DNA of 64,000 bases, from assembly GCA_951406725.2 (NCBI GenBank), contig OX597816.1, positions 178,870,001 to 178,934,000 of the forward strand. Direction: 5' to 3'. A program made the position numbers and the translations under genes. The first letter of the stretch is position 1, and each line of letters starts with the position of its first letter. This document shows positions 12,958-25,975 of the stretch, one piece after another. Source of the DNA: Octopus vulgaris. Its lineage: Eukaryota. Under the pieces are notes generated by a model, which saw only the letters and a program-made list of their open reading frames with translations, had not been told where the DNA came from and searched no databases.

Positions 12958-13479
12958 AAGGAAATATGAATATTTTCAAATGCATGAAAAATATTTTTTA
13001 CAACCTCTGTGTGATGTAGAATTGTTTGTTGTTTTCTTTACTAGTTTAAATGTGGAATTTGAACTATATTTCAAGCTAATATTGTCTTGTATTTGAACAT
13101 TTTGAGACATAAGTACAAGTCCTTACTCAAAAACATCACTTGCTTTTATCTGCTTGTGGCCTAGCATTCTTGTTGGATGACTACCTCGAGATGTCATTTA
13201 TTTATCATACATTCTGATCACTTTATATTTCTCATAGGAATTAATGCTATCCATTATAGTTGGTATTAGATTCTCTTGATTTACTGTAATTCAGATTGTC
13301 TCATGATCCCAACAGACAAAATGGAAAAGGCTTTTCCCCAGAGGATGGTAATGAAGATGTACTTCACAGGCCACTTTGACTCACTGGGCTTGCGCTTGTT
13401 GACAACCATCTCCACCACAATAGCAGTGAGCAAGGATATGGTCCAGGGGCTGAGCACAGTGGAGGTTTCCACTAAAAGA

Positions 13480-13728
13480 TAAAAGGTAAAGTTACCTCTT
13501 CAAGTCATGCTGACTCATAAGGGCCGGTTTCATGACGTATAAATTCCCCCCCTGGACAGGATGCCAGTCCATCGCAGTGTTACTCATTTTTGCCAGCTGA
13601 GTGGACTGAAGCAACATGAAATGAAGTGTTTTACTTAAGAACACAATGTGTTGAACAGTGCAGGGATCGAAACCACAATCTTGAGATCATGAATCCAACA
13701 CCCTAACCACTAAGCCATGTGCCTCCAC
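13480..13728 (-). mobile_element. tRNA-derived SINE
   Basis: Minus-strand head GTGGAGGCACATGGCTTAGTGGTTAGGG ... GGTTTCGATCCC, followed by TTCTTAAGTAAAACACTT and a TTTACC-type tail. A related plus-strand copy lies at about 15995-16332. Confidence 0.75.
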
Positions 13729-14026
13729 AGAGTTCTCCAATGTCACAGGCTCAACTATAAATCTGTCAGAGAGCAACTTTGATCATTTGTTATTATCTGG
13801 CAATTGGCCAGTCTTTGGTTGGTTGACAGTCAAGGGATGTCATTTGTCTATCAAATATCCTAGTCAACTGTTTTTATCTGACAGTAGTCTACCATTCTGA
13901 CTGGTTGATTCCCTTAAGACATTACTTGTTTTTCTGATGTTCCAGTCAGTTGAATGCTTTTTAGCATCACTTGCTTTTACATTTCTTCTCTTGGATTGTG
14001 TCCTGCTATATACAATAAAGCATTAA

Positions 14027-14247
14027 CCCTTTAGCATTCAGATTACTCTGTAAAATATAATGTTTACTTATTCACACATTGTTTTGAATTAATCCTGCAT
14101 TATCTTGTAGCTTTGAAATTTCAGAAACATGATTGTTTATTTTTAGAATGACATTGTAGGTAAGCATGAGAAGCCAGATCTGACTGGTTTAAACATAAAA
14201 CAGTTAGAATAATTGAGCCAAATACAGCTAGTTTAGATGCTAATGGG
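14027..14247. mobile_element. piggyBac-type MITE
   Basis: TTAA|CCCTTTAGCATT ... ATGCTAATGGG|TTAA, giving a TTAA TSD and CCC/GGG TIRs. A second, SINE-interrupted copy in reverse orientation lies at about 15846-16398. Confidence 0.85.
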
Positions 14248-15573
14248 TTAAGTGTATCAGAAGATGTTGCTTGTTGCATATTCTATTCTATTATTGATTA
14301 AAGTTATTGGGTATTGTCTTTTGAGGAATATACTTTTAAGTTGTTGAATTTGTTTTTCCTGCGTTTCAGAATTGTATACAGTTCTCAGATTCTTCTTACC
14401 AGGTTAAAAAATATTCACAGAAACTGAAAGAAACTTATGTGTGTCTGTGTCCACCACCACCACCACTTGACAACTGATGTTAGTATGTTTACATCCCCTA
14501 TAACTTAGCAGTTCAGTGAAAGAGACCAATAGAATGAGTCCCATGCTTTAAAAAAAAAAAGCACTAGGGTCAATTCATTTAATTAAAACTTCTTGAAAGC
14601 GATGCCCCTGCTTGGCCACAGTCTAATGACAGAAATGAGTAAAAGATATATATATATATATATCTCAACATCATTATTTTAATGTCCACTCTTCCATGCA
14701 TGTATGGTGCAGGCAGAATTTGTTGTCACAGATTTTCTCCAGCTTGTTGCCAACCTTCACCTGTTTCCAAGTAAGGCTATATGTCCCTGTCGCTGGACAT
14801 GTTTTCATGGAAAATTGGTAAAGAACTCTGCTTGTATGATAGTAACACATATATTTATATACAATGGGCTTCTTTCAATTTCTTTCAACCAAATCCATTC
14901 ACAAGGGTTTGGTTTGCCCAGATCAGTGGTAGAAAACACTTGGAGTACTATGCCATGGAACTGAACCCAAAACCATGTGGTTGAAAAATGAACTTCTTTA
15001 TCACACAGCTGTTCCTGTGCTTACATAGATATGGTCGTAAGGTTATCTTGTTCAATATGTTCATAACGCATCCCTGACCTCAAGTACATAATATTAAAAC
15101 TACATTGAGCTAAAGGGAAAAAATGATGATGTTACAAAAATACAAAACTCAAGTATAGGCACAGGAGTGGCTATGTGGTACGAAGTTTGCTTCCCAACCA
15201 CATGATTCTGGGTTCAATCCCACTGTGTGGCACCTCAGGCAAGTGTTTACTACTACAACCTTGGGTCAGCCAAAGCCTTGTTCGTGGATTTGATAGACAG
15301 AAGCTGATAAAATCATCATAGATTTTATTTTACTAGAATTCTTAATTTCTTTACATTCTTGGAGTTTCACTATTACAGACTTTTCATCAGAAAAAGAAAT
15401 TTGGTGTTTGTTCTGAATTTTGTTTGTTACTAGTATCCTAGTATCCAGAAGCTTCTTCATAGTGACTAGAGCAGTAAAGCATTCCAGTCTAGCATTTCTC
15501 ATATCTGAGTCATTGAGTTGAGGCTCATTCTTATTAACTGTGACATGTCATACTCTATATATATATATATATA

Positions 15574-15808
15574 CCGGAGTAAACACATAAATGTGAAACA
15601 AGGTGGAAAAAAGAGTACTCAAATACCAGTGGTAGAGTAATATGCTTTATTTAAAGCAGCAGAAAATTCAACAAAACCTGTTACTCTGAGTTTCCCGTTG
15701 CCGTTCATCGGACAGTTTTTGCTAGTTTTTTCTAGCAAAAACTGTCCGATGAATGGCAATGGGAAACTCAGAGTAACAGGTTTTGTTGAATTTTCTCCTG
15801 CTTTTATA

Positions 15809-15813
<5 letters not shown>
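15574..15813. mobile_element. Penelope-like inverted terminal (pLTR) hairpin with hammerhead-like cores, inserted in (TA)n
   Basis: 73-bp inverted arms at 15653-15725 and 15732-15804 around a T6 loop. Each arm carries CTGT-CCGATGA-a(c/t)ggcaa(c/t)gg-GAAACTCAGAGTA-ACAG. Flanked by (TA)n on both sides. Confidence 0.7.
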
Positions 15814-15849
<36 letters not shown>

Positions 15850-16869
15850 AGCCATATCAGGTCCAAGTATTCTGTCTCTTGTATGTTCTAACCGGCCAGA
15901 TTTGGCCTCTTACACCTTCCCTAAAATGTCATTATAAAAAAAATAATTATATTGAAACCTCAAAGCTATAAGATAATGCAAGAATAATTCTAAGGTAAAT
16001 GGCTCAATGGTTAGAGCAATGGATTACAATCATGGGGTAGTGAGTTTGAATCCCAAACCAGGCTGTGTGTTGCGTTCTTGAACAAGACACTTTACTTCAC
16101 ATTGTTCCAGTTCACTCAGCTGTAGAAATGAGTTGTGACATTACTGGTGCCAAACTGTATCAGCATTGCCCTTTTCCTTGGATAACATTGGTGGCATGGA
16201 GAGGGGAGGCTGGTATGCATGGGTGACTGCTGGTCTTCCATAAAACTACTTGCCTGGACTTGTGCTTGGGAGGGTAAACATCTAGGTGCAATCCCATGGT
16301 CGTTAATGACTGAAGGGGGTCTTTACCTTTTACTCAAATTCTAAACAAGGTGAATAAACAAACATTACGTTTAACAGAGTAATCTGAATGCTAAAGGGTT
16401 TTAAGCAAACCTATGATCAAAGGCGTTCTAGCCATGACCATCTTGTTTTTTAGCCATACACTGACATACTATCTAGAAGATTTACCTCTCATCCATTTGA
16501 GATTTTTAGCACTAACCTTTAAAAGCTTCTTGAAACTGGGGAGACATTTATATATATTTCAGTCAGAATTGCTGAACCATGGAATAAACTATCTGCTTCA
16601 GTTATTAGCTGTCAAGACACTACATCCTTCAAAACTTCCATGCTTCCTGAAATTTGCCAACAGTGCACCTGATGCTCCCACCTCTGTTTTTATTTTTCTT
16701 TTTTTTTTTTTAAAGACTTATTCACTGCTCACTTCCTGTGTATATTCTATGTACTGTTCATGTAGTTTTGCTTACTTTTTCTGTTGAGTTGTAGTGGACT
16801 TGAACACTGTGTCCAATAAATTCATTATAACAATCAATCCTCTTTTTTTTTTCATTTGTCAGTCTCAAG

Positions 16870-16944
16870 ATGACTGAAGCTGGTGCCAGTGGTGGAAAAT
16901 CACCTGATAAGCGTGATAAATATTTAATGGATCTTATGTCAAAG
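16870..16944 (+). CDS. Stand-alone HDAC6-type ZnF-UBP (BUZ) domain protein, coding exon 1
   Basis: Polypyrimidine acceptor ending at 16862, ATG at 16870, reads MTEAGASGGKSPDKRDKYLMDLMSK. Donor AAG|gtatgc at 16944, phase 0, in frame with the next exon. Confidence 0.7.
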
Positions 16945-17440
16945 GTATGCCTATAAACATTTCATTGAAAATTTATCTGAAACCTCTTTTTCTCATTTGC
17001 TAAAAGGTAACCTTAACAACTTGACATCTACCTTAAACTCTTAGCTTTTGACATTTATTGATTTTTCTGCATCATGAACAACTGTTGCCATTTGATAAAT
17101 ATACATAATGATTTTAATTGATGTTTTAAGTTTCAGAATGGCAACGTGTAATGTATTACATCATCATCATTATCATTTAATGTCCACTTTCCATACTTGC
17201 AAAGGTTAGATGAAATACATTGACACACATTTTCGAGGGTCAGATGCCCTTCCTGTTGCCAACCCTCACCTGTTTCCTAATAAGGAGGTAATATTTCTCT
17301 ATGGCCAGTTCCTTTTTTTTTGTGTGTGTGTGTGAAAGACTGAAAATGCACAGCTTTGCTGGTATGATAGTGATATTCATTTTTAACCATTACATGATGT
17401 CTAGACAAGGGTACACACAAACACACACACATATATATAA

Positions 17441-17950
17441 CTAGCAGTATCGCCTGGCGTTGCTCGGGTTTGTAAGGGAAATAACTATATAAGCATTTTT
17501 AGAGAGTTACTTCCCTTATAGATGCCAATTTGGGCTTTCTTAGCCATTTCTGTTTTGGTGTCTTCAAGCCATGAAGTCGTTGTTCTAAAAGAACGCAGGT
17601 CTCCTTGACAACGCATTACGACGTTGATTTCTTTACACTCCCTTCCCCACAGCTTCACGAGGGAGGGAAGAAGGGGGAGAAGCAAACAGGTGCAGGTGTG
17701 ACCATGGACGCCAACTCCGCCGCCATCGACACACGAAAAATTATGCATTAAAATGGAATAAAAAATGATGTTAAATTATTTTTAAAATCGTAGACTCATC
17801 GTTGACGTGCGCTAATAGTCAGACGGGCTCGATATGAATCACGACTATAAGATACCCGAATTTGGTTAAACTGCACCGCAAAATGTGGGAGGAGTTAGGA
17901 ATCTAAATCGAAGGGGACAGACACTCACACAACTACAGTTTTATATATAT
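17441..17950 (-). mobile_element. Non-autonomous Helitron
   Basis: Minus-strand 3' end CCCGAGCAACGCCAGGCGATACTGCTAG (subterminal hairpin plus CTAG) followed by T. 5' end TATATATAAAACTG...GTGTCTGTC. CpG-rich, so relatively young. Confidence 0.75.
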
Positions 17951-18240
17951 AATAACACAAATGGGTTGAAGCTCACAATAGCAGTTTCGTATGTTTTTTA
18001 TTGATGAACAAATGAATTACATCATGTAAAAAAAACATTTTCTTCACATGAATTAAAAATAAAATTTAACATTCATGGTTTTTCATACAAATGTATCTAT
18101 ATTATGTATTGACCCTCTTCTCAGTGCTGGATGAGAGTAAATAGAGAATGCTTTTCCATATCATGCTATCCCCAACTCTACCTTGGTGCTTTTTTTTTAT
18201 TAAAGTACCTTGATTCTACTGGATCCGGAAAATAATTATA

Positions 18241-18575
18241 TAGGTGCAGAAGTGGCTGTGTGGTAAGAAGCTTGCTTACCAACCACATGGTTCCGGGTTC
18301 AGTCCCACTGCGTGGCACCTTGGGCTAGATGTCTTCTACTATGGCCACAGGCTGACCAAAGCCTTGTGAGTGGATTTGGTAGATGGAAACTGAAAGAAGC
18401 CCGTCATATATATATATAGATATATATATATATATATACATGATAGGCTTCTTTCAGTTCCTGTTAACCAAATCTGCTCACAAGATTTTGGTTGGCCTGG
18501 AACTATAGTAGAAGACACTTGCCTAGGATGCCATGCAAGATCACATGGTAAGGAAACAAGCTTCTTAACCATACA
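18241..18575. repeat. Tail-to-tail inverted pair of same-family SINEs joined through (TA)n
   Basis: Forward copy at about 18241-18405, reverse copy at about 18440-18575. GAAACTGAAAGAAGCC/GGCTTCTTTCAGTT and TGTCTTCTACTAT/ATAGTAGAAGACA are complementary. Confidence 0.85.
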
Positions 18576-21129
18576 ATAATGCCTACGAAAAATAGGTCGT
18601 ACCTGTAGCTTTCACTGGCCTCCTGAGAATGGTGGAATTGATTTACTTGATATTCAGATTAAATGTTTTCAAGTCAGCATCTGAAAACATAAGCAGGAAG
18701 GGAATTGGCTGAGATCTCAGGAGGAAAGATTGGCCAAAGTGGTTGCTGAGCTTTAATGAGATTGATACAGTAATATAGTGAGAGAAGAATGCTGTTGGTT
18801 TGGCGTGGTTGGCAGTCAAATGCATCTGGGTAGTTGAGGGGAGTAGAGACCATAGTTGTAACAATAAAATAGACATTATGGACCAGACCTTGTTAATGAG
18901 TAATTGGTAATCAGTTGGATGGCCTTCCTTTACATGTGGTCTAGCAATTTTATGTGTGTGTATATATAATGGCAACAATATAAGAGAGTGAAATCCATTG
19001 TGGATCCTTATTCCTTTATTGTGCTATGCAGAGTGTCAACAGCTGTTGGAAGTTGAACTTTTAACTTTATGCTAATATATTTTGAAGTCTCTTGTCTCAA
19101 GCTTAAATCTCACACGTAAAGGATCAATAAGTAATATTAATATGTGAACATCGATTGAAACGATTACTCACTTTCCTACAAAATTTTTCCGTCTTTTTCT
19201 CAGATTTCCAATCCTTTGTAAACAAGCACTGGAGATCAAAATTCATCTCTTCAGTTTTAATTTCTAGTTCTAACTATTTCACTTCAAATTCCATTTGTAA
19301 CATCCTCAAGAAATTAATTTTAAATCTGGGTTAATTCATTCTCAAATCAATATTCCAGAAAAAGCCAACCAACACAACTTGAGTTCCTTTTATAAATCTT
19401 GAGCATTTTACTGATCTCAGAAATCAATTCCTAAACACTGCTTGGAATAATCAGTCTGGATTCATTCTACAAAACATATATTATGCAAACACATTCGGCT
19501 GAGGTTTTAGGTTACATTTTATTGTTATATTTTAATTATGAAGATGTGTTTAGACATTTCACATCTATAACAATTCAGGTATTTTAAAACTTTCAGCTCA
19601 AGTCATTCTTATTTGGTTTTTGCAGTTTAATTTATTTTAATTTAATGCGCGAATACATTATTGTCATCATTAACATGTTTTCCTTGTTGTCATGGGTTGG
19701 ATGATTTTGATAGGGTCTGGCAAGCCATAGGGCTGTGCCAAGCTCCAGTGTCTGCATTGGCATCGTTTCTACAGATGGATGCCATTCCTAATACCAACCC
19801 CTTTACAGTATGAATCAAGTACTTTTTCTTCATGCCACTGGCATTAGTAAGATTGCAAGTAGTGTGCAAAACATAAGAAGAACAGGGGAAAATAAAGAAG
19901 AAAAAGCTCCCATATTTTCCCCTTTTTCTATGTTCTTTGTACAGGTTATTTTCTGTCAGTATTTATGTAATTATCATATAAAATTCAAGTTTTCAATGCA
20001 CTGCTTTTTCAAGCATAACGTTTTATCCAATTCATTTTTTTGTGTGTGTGTGTGTACTGACTAGCTGAAGAATCCTTGAGCATAAATTTTAACCATCTCT
20101 TGGCTATATTACCATTTTCATCAGAGCAGTGAAATATTTCTTCTATTACATAATATACTTTAGCATTCCATTGCATAATATCACTCTCGTTATGGAATGG
20201 AAAACTTCTTTCACTGACATCTTTGGCAGCATTCTTATAGCAATCTCTCTAATGAAAAATCAGTCAAGCAAAACTGCCATCAACTTTAAACCTGCAAAAA
20301 TTGTGCCATCACACACTTCACTATTATCTTTCACTTGTTAGTAATTGGAGAAAGGTTTTACATGCTGTTTCTTAAGATATTTCACACAACCCCTCACATT
20401 TGTGGCATTGATCCATCACTTGAGAAGTCACTTTGGTAAGTTTGTTCTTCAGGTAGTGATTGTTCTAAAACTCATTGTGTTTATAGAGTTGCTATTGGAA
20501 GCATTGTTTTCACATAATGTATCTAAGGTATATCAACCTGGCTGTCCATTCCTCTCCAAGCTAACTGCAAATTCTTCAGTTTTATGGTGCCGTCATTCTT
20601 CATTGTCACGAACTATTTCACTCTTTGGTTTCTACCCACAAGTAGTACTCACAGCTAAATGACTTGTCTAGCACACTATCGACTTAATCATTTACTGTTC
20701 TATTAATTTTTATAGACTTGTGTGAACATGTCAATATTTGAACACTTACATTAGCACAAGATCCCATATTTACAGTGAAGGAGAGCCAAGATTGTGTAGC
20801 AGTCATGCCTTGCTTAGATATTAGTTTGGGAATACACTGCCCAAATTTTCTTTAAAATTTATATATAAGAATTACATCAGTCGTTAAAGTTATTGCTACA
20901 TATTTTCTATAGAAATTATAGCCAGTGCTGACTTAGTTTCCATGTTTCCTATCCTAGTACACTTAAGCATTTAATATACTTTGTAGTATATTATGGTTGC
21001 ATCATGAAATGTGGTGTCCCTACAGGCCATTAATAAGAATTACATTCCTTTCTGCTTTTTACATGTACAAGTGATATTTTAGAAAGTATATTTTTTTTGA
21101 TACTTTGTGTATGATTCTCCTTTCAGCAG

Positions 21130-21276
21130 GAATCCATGTTCTGTGTTCAACCTTTAACTTGGTGCCCACATCTTGAAAAAGTAACCAGTGTTCCTCCACA
21201 AGGTCTTGATACATCGTCCCCATGTGAAACATGCGGGGATACAAATGAAAATTGGGTTTGTCTTACTTGCTATAAG
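21130..21276 (+). CDS. Stand-alone HDAC6-type ZnF-UBP protein, coding exon 2
   Basis: Acceptor tttcagcag|GAA. Reads ESMFCVQPLTWCPHLEKVTSVPPQGLDTSSPCETCGDTNENWVCLTCYK, matching HDAC6 PLxWCPHL...CxxC...ENWVCLxCY. Donor AAG|gtacat. Confidence 0.93.
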
Positions 21277-21982
21277 GTACATATCAATATAGATATATAT
21301 ATATATATTTTTAATTGTGTAAAATTAGATTTTTATTATTGATTTCTCAGTGATCTTTCTATCCAACCAATGTTGGTTCCCTTCAACTCTAATTGAATTA
21401 ACATAAAAATTTCCTTTTTATACAAAACACAGACATTGAAATGTGGTCTGATAATTGTTCAGATTTACATACAAAAGTTTTTTTAATAACACAAGTAATC
21501 AATTCAGGATGTATACAACTCTAGAGATGTTCTGAAACTAACTTTTCATTTTCATGTATATATTCAATTCTAAATAATTATGATGATTTTTCTTAATAAC
21601 ATTTAACTGTTCCTCAAATGATTATTTCTTATTATTCTTTGCCTTCTTGGCATCCTTATTCAATACTTGTTTCTTTCTCTCATTGTTGTGAACACTGGAC
21701 TCAATGCCTTTTGGTAATCAATTATGTATTTTTAAATTCAGAGTTCAAACCTCACCAGAGTCAATAAAATAAATGCCTGCAATCTGTTGTTGCCAAATTT
21801 ATGGCCTTTAGCCTGTTAGAAATTATAGTAATATTTAGAAACAATAACACCACTACCACCAACTAAATATCATTTATTGTAAATCTTAGGATAACTATGA
21901 CACCATTTTGAAGAGATGTGCCTTTCTCTATAATGAATAAATTGTCACTAATATACATATATTTAATTACTGGATTTCACAG

Positions 21983-22114
21983 GTTTTCTGTAGTCGATAT
22001 GTACAAGAACATATGGTAAAGCATCATGAAATAGAACCTGACCATTATATAGTGTTAAGCTATGCAGATCTTTCTGTGTGGTGCTATGGATGTAACAGTT
22101 ATGTTGAACATGAG
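21983..22114 (+). CDS. Stand-alone HDAC6-type ZnF-UBP protein, coding exon 3
   Basis: Acceptor tttcacag|GTT. Reads VFCSRYVQEHMVKHHEIEPDHYIVLSYADLSVWCYGCNSYVEHE, matching HDAC6 CxRYxxxHMxxH...LSYxDLSxWCYxCxxYV. Donor GAG|gtaagt. Not in the ORF track. Confidence 0.95.
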
Positions 22115-24617
22115 GTAAGTGAATGTCAAAAGTTTAACTTATAAGTTAACTATTTCAAACCACAAGGGCTGTAGTTGTGTGACCCTGGTCAGCCCTCATC
22201 AAACAAACCTGTGTTGTTCCGACTTTTATCATCAGCGTTCTCTGACCATCCTGCCTTCATTTATGGTAACTCTACTTCATTTTCAGATGGCAGGATATGC
22301 TTTGAAGACGATTTGTTGGCTCATACAACTGTAGAAATTGCAACATGTAGATTGAGACGGGAAAATATATCTAGTTTCCTTAAAGTTAAAGAACTGGTTA
22401 AAGCACAACTCAGACATGTAGCACTGCCCGTTCTCCATGCATGCACACATTCAACAAACAGAGTGCATATTTGATGTGATTTAATAAATGCCTTCATAAT
22501 CAGGCTTTTAAGAATTAGTGTTTAGCCTGTTTCATGAGGTGGAGTAGATGAAAGATAGATTTTTCCTTGGACAGAATGCTGGTCTTTTGTAAGCAGCATG
22601 CCCAGAAAATCTGGAACCTACTCCTGGCAGTGAGGTGAAGCCGAGGTAATGCTGAATAAAGTGTTTTGCACAGAAACTGAAGTAGGTTTGAATTTATGTA
22701 TGACCCATAAGTGGATAGTCCAGTGTCTTGTCTGCTAAATCGTTCCTCACTGTTTGATAGATAAACTTTCTCTCTCACACACACACATACATACATTGCA
22801 CATCACTGGTTCATTGACATGCTTAAGGAGACGCATCAAGCCAAGTGAGATTATGGTCATGGCCTAGTGCCAGTGGTGTGTGAATGACACCCATGCTGGT
22901 GACACATAAAAGGCACTCAGTACACTCTGTGAATTATTTGGCACTAGGAAGGGCATCCAGCCATAGAAACAAGGCCAAAACTGAGTGGAGCCTGATGCAG
23001 CTCTCCAGCTCAACATCTCTAGTCACACCATCTAATTCATGTCAGCATGAAAAACGTTAAATGATGATGATGATTGATATGTGTTATCTCATTCAGTCTG
23101 AATAGCTTAACACTCTTTCAGCCTCGGAAGAAAAGTATACCTTTCTTTGGCTTATATGATAGCAAAATGTATGAGGAGTTCAGAATTGCTAGTCACATTG
23201 AACAAAAGTTAGTAGGAAAAGAGTTATGAGGTGAAATGTTAAGTAAGGGAGTAACGCTTAAGCAATAAGAATAAAGAATATATTTCTAAAATGAATGTTT
23301 ACTTTCTAAGGCAGCAAGTTCGCAGAAACGTTAGTATGCTGGGCGAAATGCTTAACGGTATTTCATCTATTTTTATATTTTGAGTTCAATTTTCGCCGAG
23401 GTCGACTTTAGCATACAGATTCTTTAGTTAAATTTTTTTAACTAAGCACTTTCAAACTTCCAATACTGGTAGAATGTGTCACAGAGAACAGGGTTTACTT
23501 GTAACGTTTTTGACAAAATTTTGTATTTTAGAAGTTATTTCGTCAGAAGTTACAGAGTGACAATGGACAAATTCGTGTTTGATAAGTGCCAAAACACGAA
23601 AATCTCAGCTTTTGACTTACTCTCTAACTTCTGCCGATGATATCTATACATATTACATATATGTGTAAAAAAATCTCATCATGCAATCAAACCAATGAAA
23701 GAGCCTCTACCTGGTCGCTCAACACGCTAAAAATAGCAGCCAAAGTATCCCCTACCTAAATCACACGCCCATTGTTTGTAATGTCCTAGATTATCCCCAA
23801 AAAGATGGTTTCCTGAAGGCTGAAATGTCTTTGATGATAGGTTTGCAGTATCAGGGTTCATTTGAGGCTAAATAATAACATTATGGTAAATTTCTATATT
23901 AATACCTACACAATTTTCACTGAGAAAAAAAACAAAAACTTTAATCTTTTGCATGGAATCAAGTACCCTGACCTCCTAATATGCTGCAAATCCCTTACTT
24001 ATTGTTGTCTCTTGCCATATCTTGAAAATGAACAGCATAATTCTACTAGTCACTATTAATATAATAGCTTTATCTCTGGCACCAGTTGCACCTTGTTTTA
24101 GTACCTGTGCAAATCCTTTTGAAGTTGTTGTAAGGATGTTCTGGGATTATCAAGCTCACAGGAACAGCATCTAGTGGATGTTGTTGCATCCTGCTGAATG
24201 CTTTCTTCAACACAATTCCTCTTTCCCAGGGTTTGGATGGAACACAGCCTCCCAGCTCATTACAAGTTGACCACAGAGCCCTGTTTTTGGAAACAATGAA
24301 TTAAACAAATAATTACTGAGTTCAAGGGCAGGTTTCTTACTCTGTAATGGTGCATGTATGCTCAATGAACCATCCATATTCAAAATAAAATGCTACAATT
24401 TTAGTTCATTGGACTGAAGTCTGAAGTATAAGAAAAAATATAATTATTAGCAAAATTATTTAAAATTTCTTGTATAGTAGCATGACTTCTGGGCTACCCT
24501 CTTGAACTAGAGAGAAATAAGTACTGGGTTGACATAATCAACCAAACTCTTGAAGGTGGTGTTACCACATGGCTGAACTCAAAAGGACTAGAGCCATTAC
24601 AGTTAAAAAGTGTATGC

Positions 24618-24654
<37 letters not shown>

Positions 24655-24656
<2 letters not shown>

Positions 24657-24846
24657 TGGCACGTAAAAAGCACCCACTACACTCACGGAGTGGTTGGCGT
24701 TAGGAAGGGCATCCAGCTGTAGAAACATTGCCAAATTTAGACTGGAGCCTGGTGCAGCCTTCTGGCTTCCCAGAACCCCGGTCGAACCGTCCAACCCATG
24801 CTAGCATGGAGAACGGACGTTAAACGACGATGATGATGATGATGAT
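24655..24846 (+). mobile_element. Short 3'-end fragment or SINE of the RTE family with (GAT)n tail
   Basis: Shares GGCGTTAGGAAGGGCATCCAGCTGTAGAAAC...CCATGCTAGCATGG...(GAT)n with the 3' end of the RTE at 46485-48943. Other copies at about 12170-12298, 25265-25400, 26245-26630 and 50987-51180. Confidence 0.85.
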
Positions 24847-24974
24847 ATATATATATATGTGTGTGTGTGTGTATTTATTTGTGTGTGTGTGTGTGTATTT
24901 ATTTGTGTGTGTGTGTGTGTGTATTTATTTGTATGTGTGTGTGTATAGATACGTATTTATATGTGTGTATGCAT

Positions 24975-25975
24975 AAATTGTTCAAATACTGAGACCTGCT
25001 CCATAAGACAAGGGGAGACAGTCTCAAGAACCAAGAATTCTCCAGAGTTAACATGCTATTAAGAAAAACGATTAGCTTATTGTCTGGAGATAAGAGGGCA
25101 GTTGTGGACACATGTTGCTGCTTCTTTAGGTGTCATCAACACAATAATTGTCTTTTACTATCTCCAGTAACCAAGGGACAAACTCATTTATAGCCAAGAT
25201 GATTTGCATAAATTAAACAAAAGTGAGCTACAAGAAATAACTTAGTGACAGGTATTTGAATAATTAGGAAGGGCATCCAACTGTAGAAACTCTGCCAGAT
25301 CAAGATTGAAGCCTGGTGCAGCCATCTGGTTCGCCAGTCCTCAGTCAAAATCGTCCAACCCATGCTAGCATGGAAAGCGGACGTTAAACGATGATGATGA
25401 TAGACAAAATACAGGTTCATCAAATGCCATACAACATAAACTCTTTTGTTAAAATTAGGCAATCTTTCAGAGATCGAAAACTGAAAGTATTTGGCAATTT
25501 CCGTAAAAGAATTATTTTCTGGGTTTTTTTTTTTGTTTCCAGCTGAATCACTTATATTCATGAATTTTTTTTTGTATATATGTATGTTTTAATATAAGTA
25601 TATGTATGTGCTTATGTGCAAGTATATATATATACATACACACACACACATAAACATTACATATACAAAAAATATGTAAACGTAAGTGATTGTCAGACAA
25701 GTACTTTCAGTTTTGATAGACTTTCTCTGAAAGATTGCCCAAAAATTCTCTTCAACTCTATAGAACATGTCACAGTTACAAAATAGCAATTGAAAACAAC
25801 TCCATATGAAAAAGAGAGACAATCTGAAAGGAATCAAGAATTCTCTAAAGTTGACCATGCCATAAAGGAAAAAGACAGGCTTATTGTCTGGAGATAAGAG
25901 GACAGTCATTCTGCCTCAATAAGTAATCATCAACACCACAATTGTTCTACCCAATCTCCTGTTGCCAAGGGACAG
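24975..25975 (-). repeat. Two diverged direct copies (about 24975-25180 and 25785-25975) of a Penelope-pLTR-like repeat
   Basis: Both share CAAGAATTCTC..AGTT.AC.ATGC...AAAA..GCTTATTGTCTGGAGATAAGAGG.CAG..TCATCAACA...CCAAGGGACA. Copy 1 has a decayed hammerhead-like motif on the minus strand at 25102-25144. Confidence 0.6.

Noticed and set aside
15619-15937. Mirror-image ORFs on both strands (NCPMNGNGKLRVTGFVEFS)
   Set aside because: An artefact of the DNA hairpin and the (TA)n tract.
20080-20760. Minus-strand coding-like relic (RDCYKNAAKDV...IAKRWLKFML)
   Set aside because: Interrupted by stops with no motif I can assign. Possibly an old transposon; needs BLASTX.
22230-22740. Possible RT-thumb-like relic on the minus strand (FLGMLL...KIY)
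   Set aside because: Too decayed to support a Penelope or other assignment.
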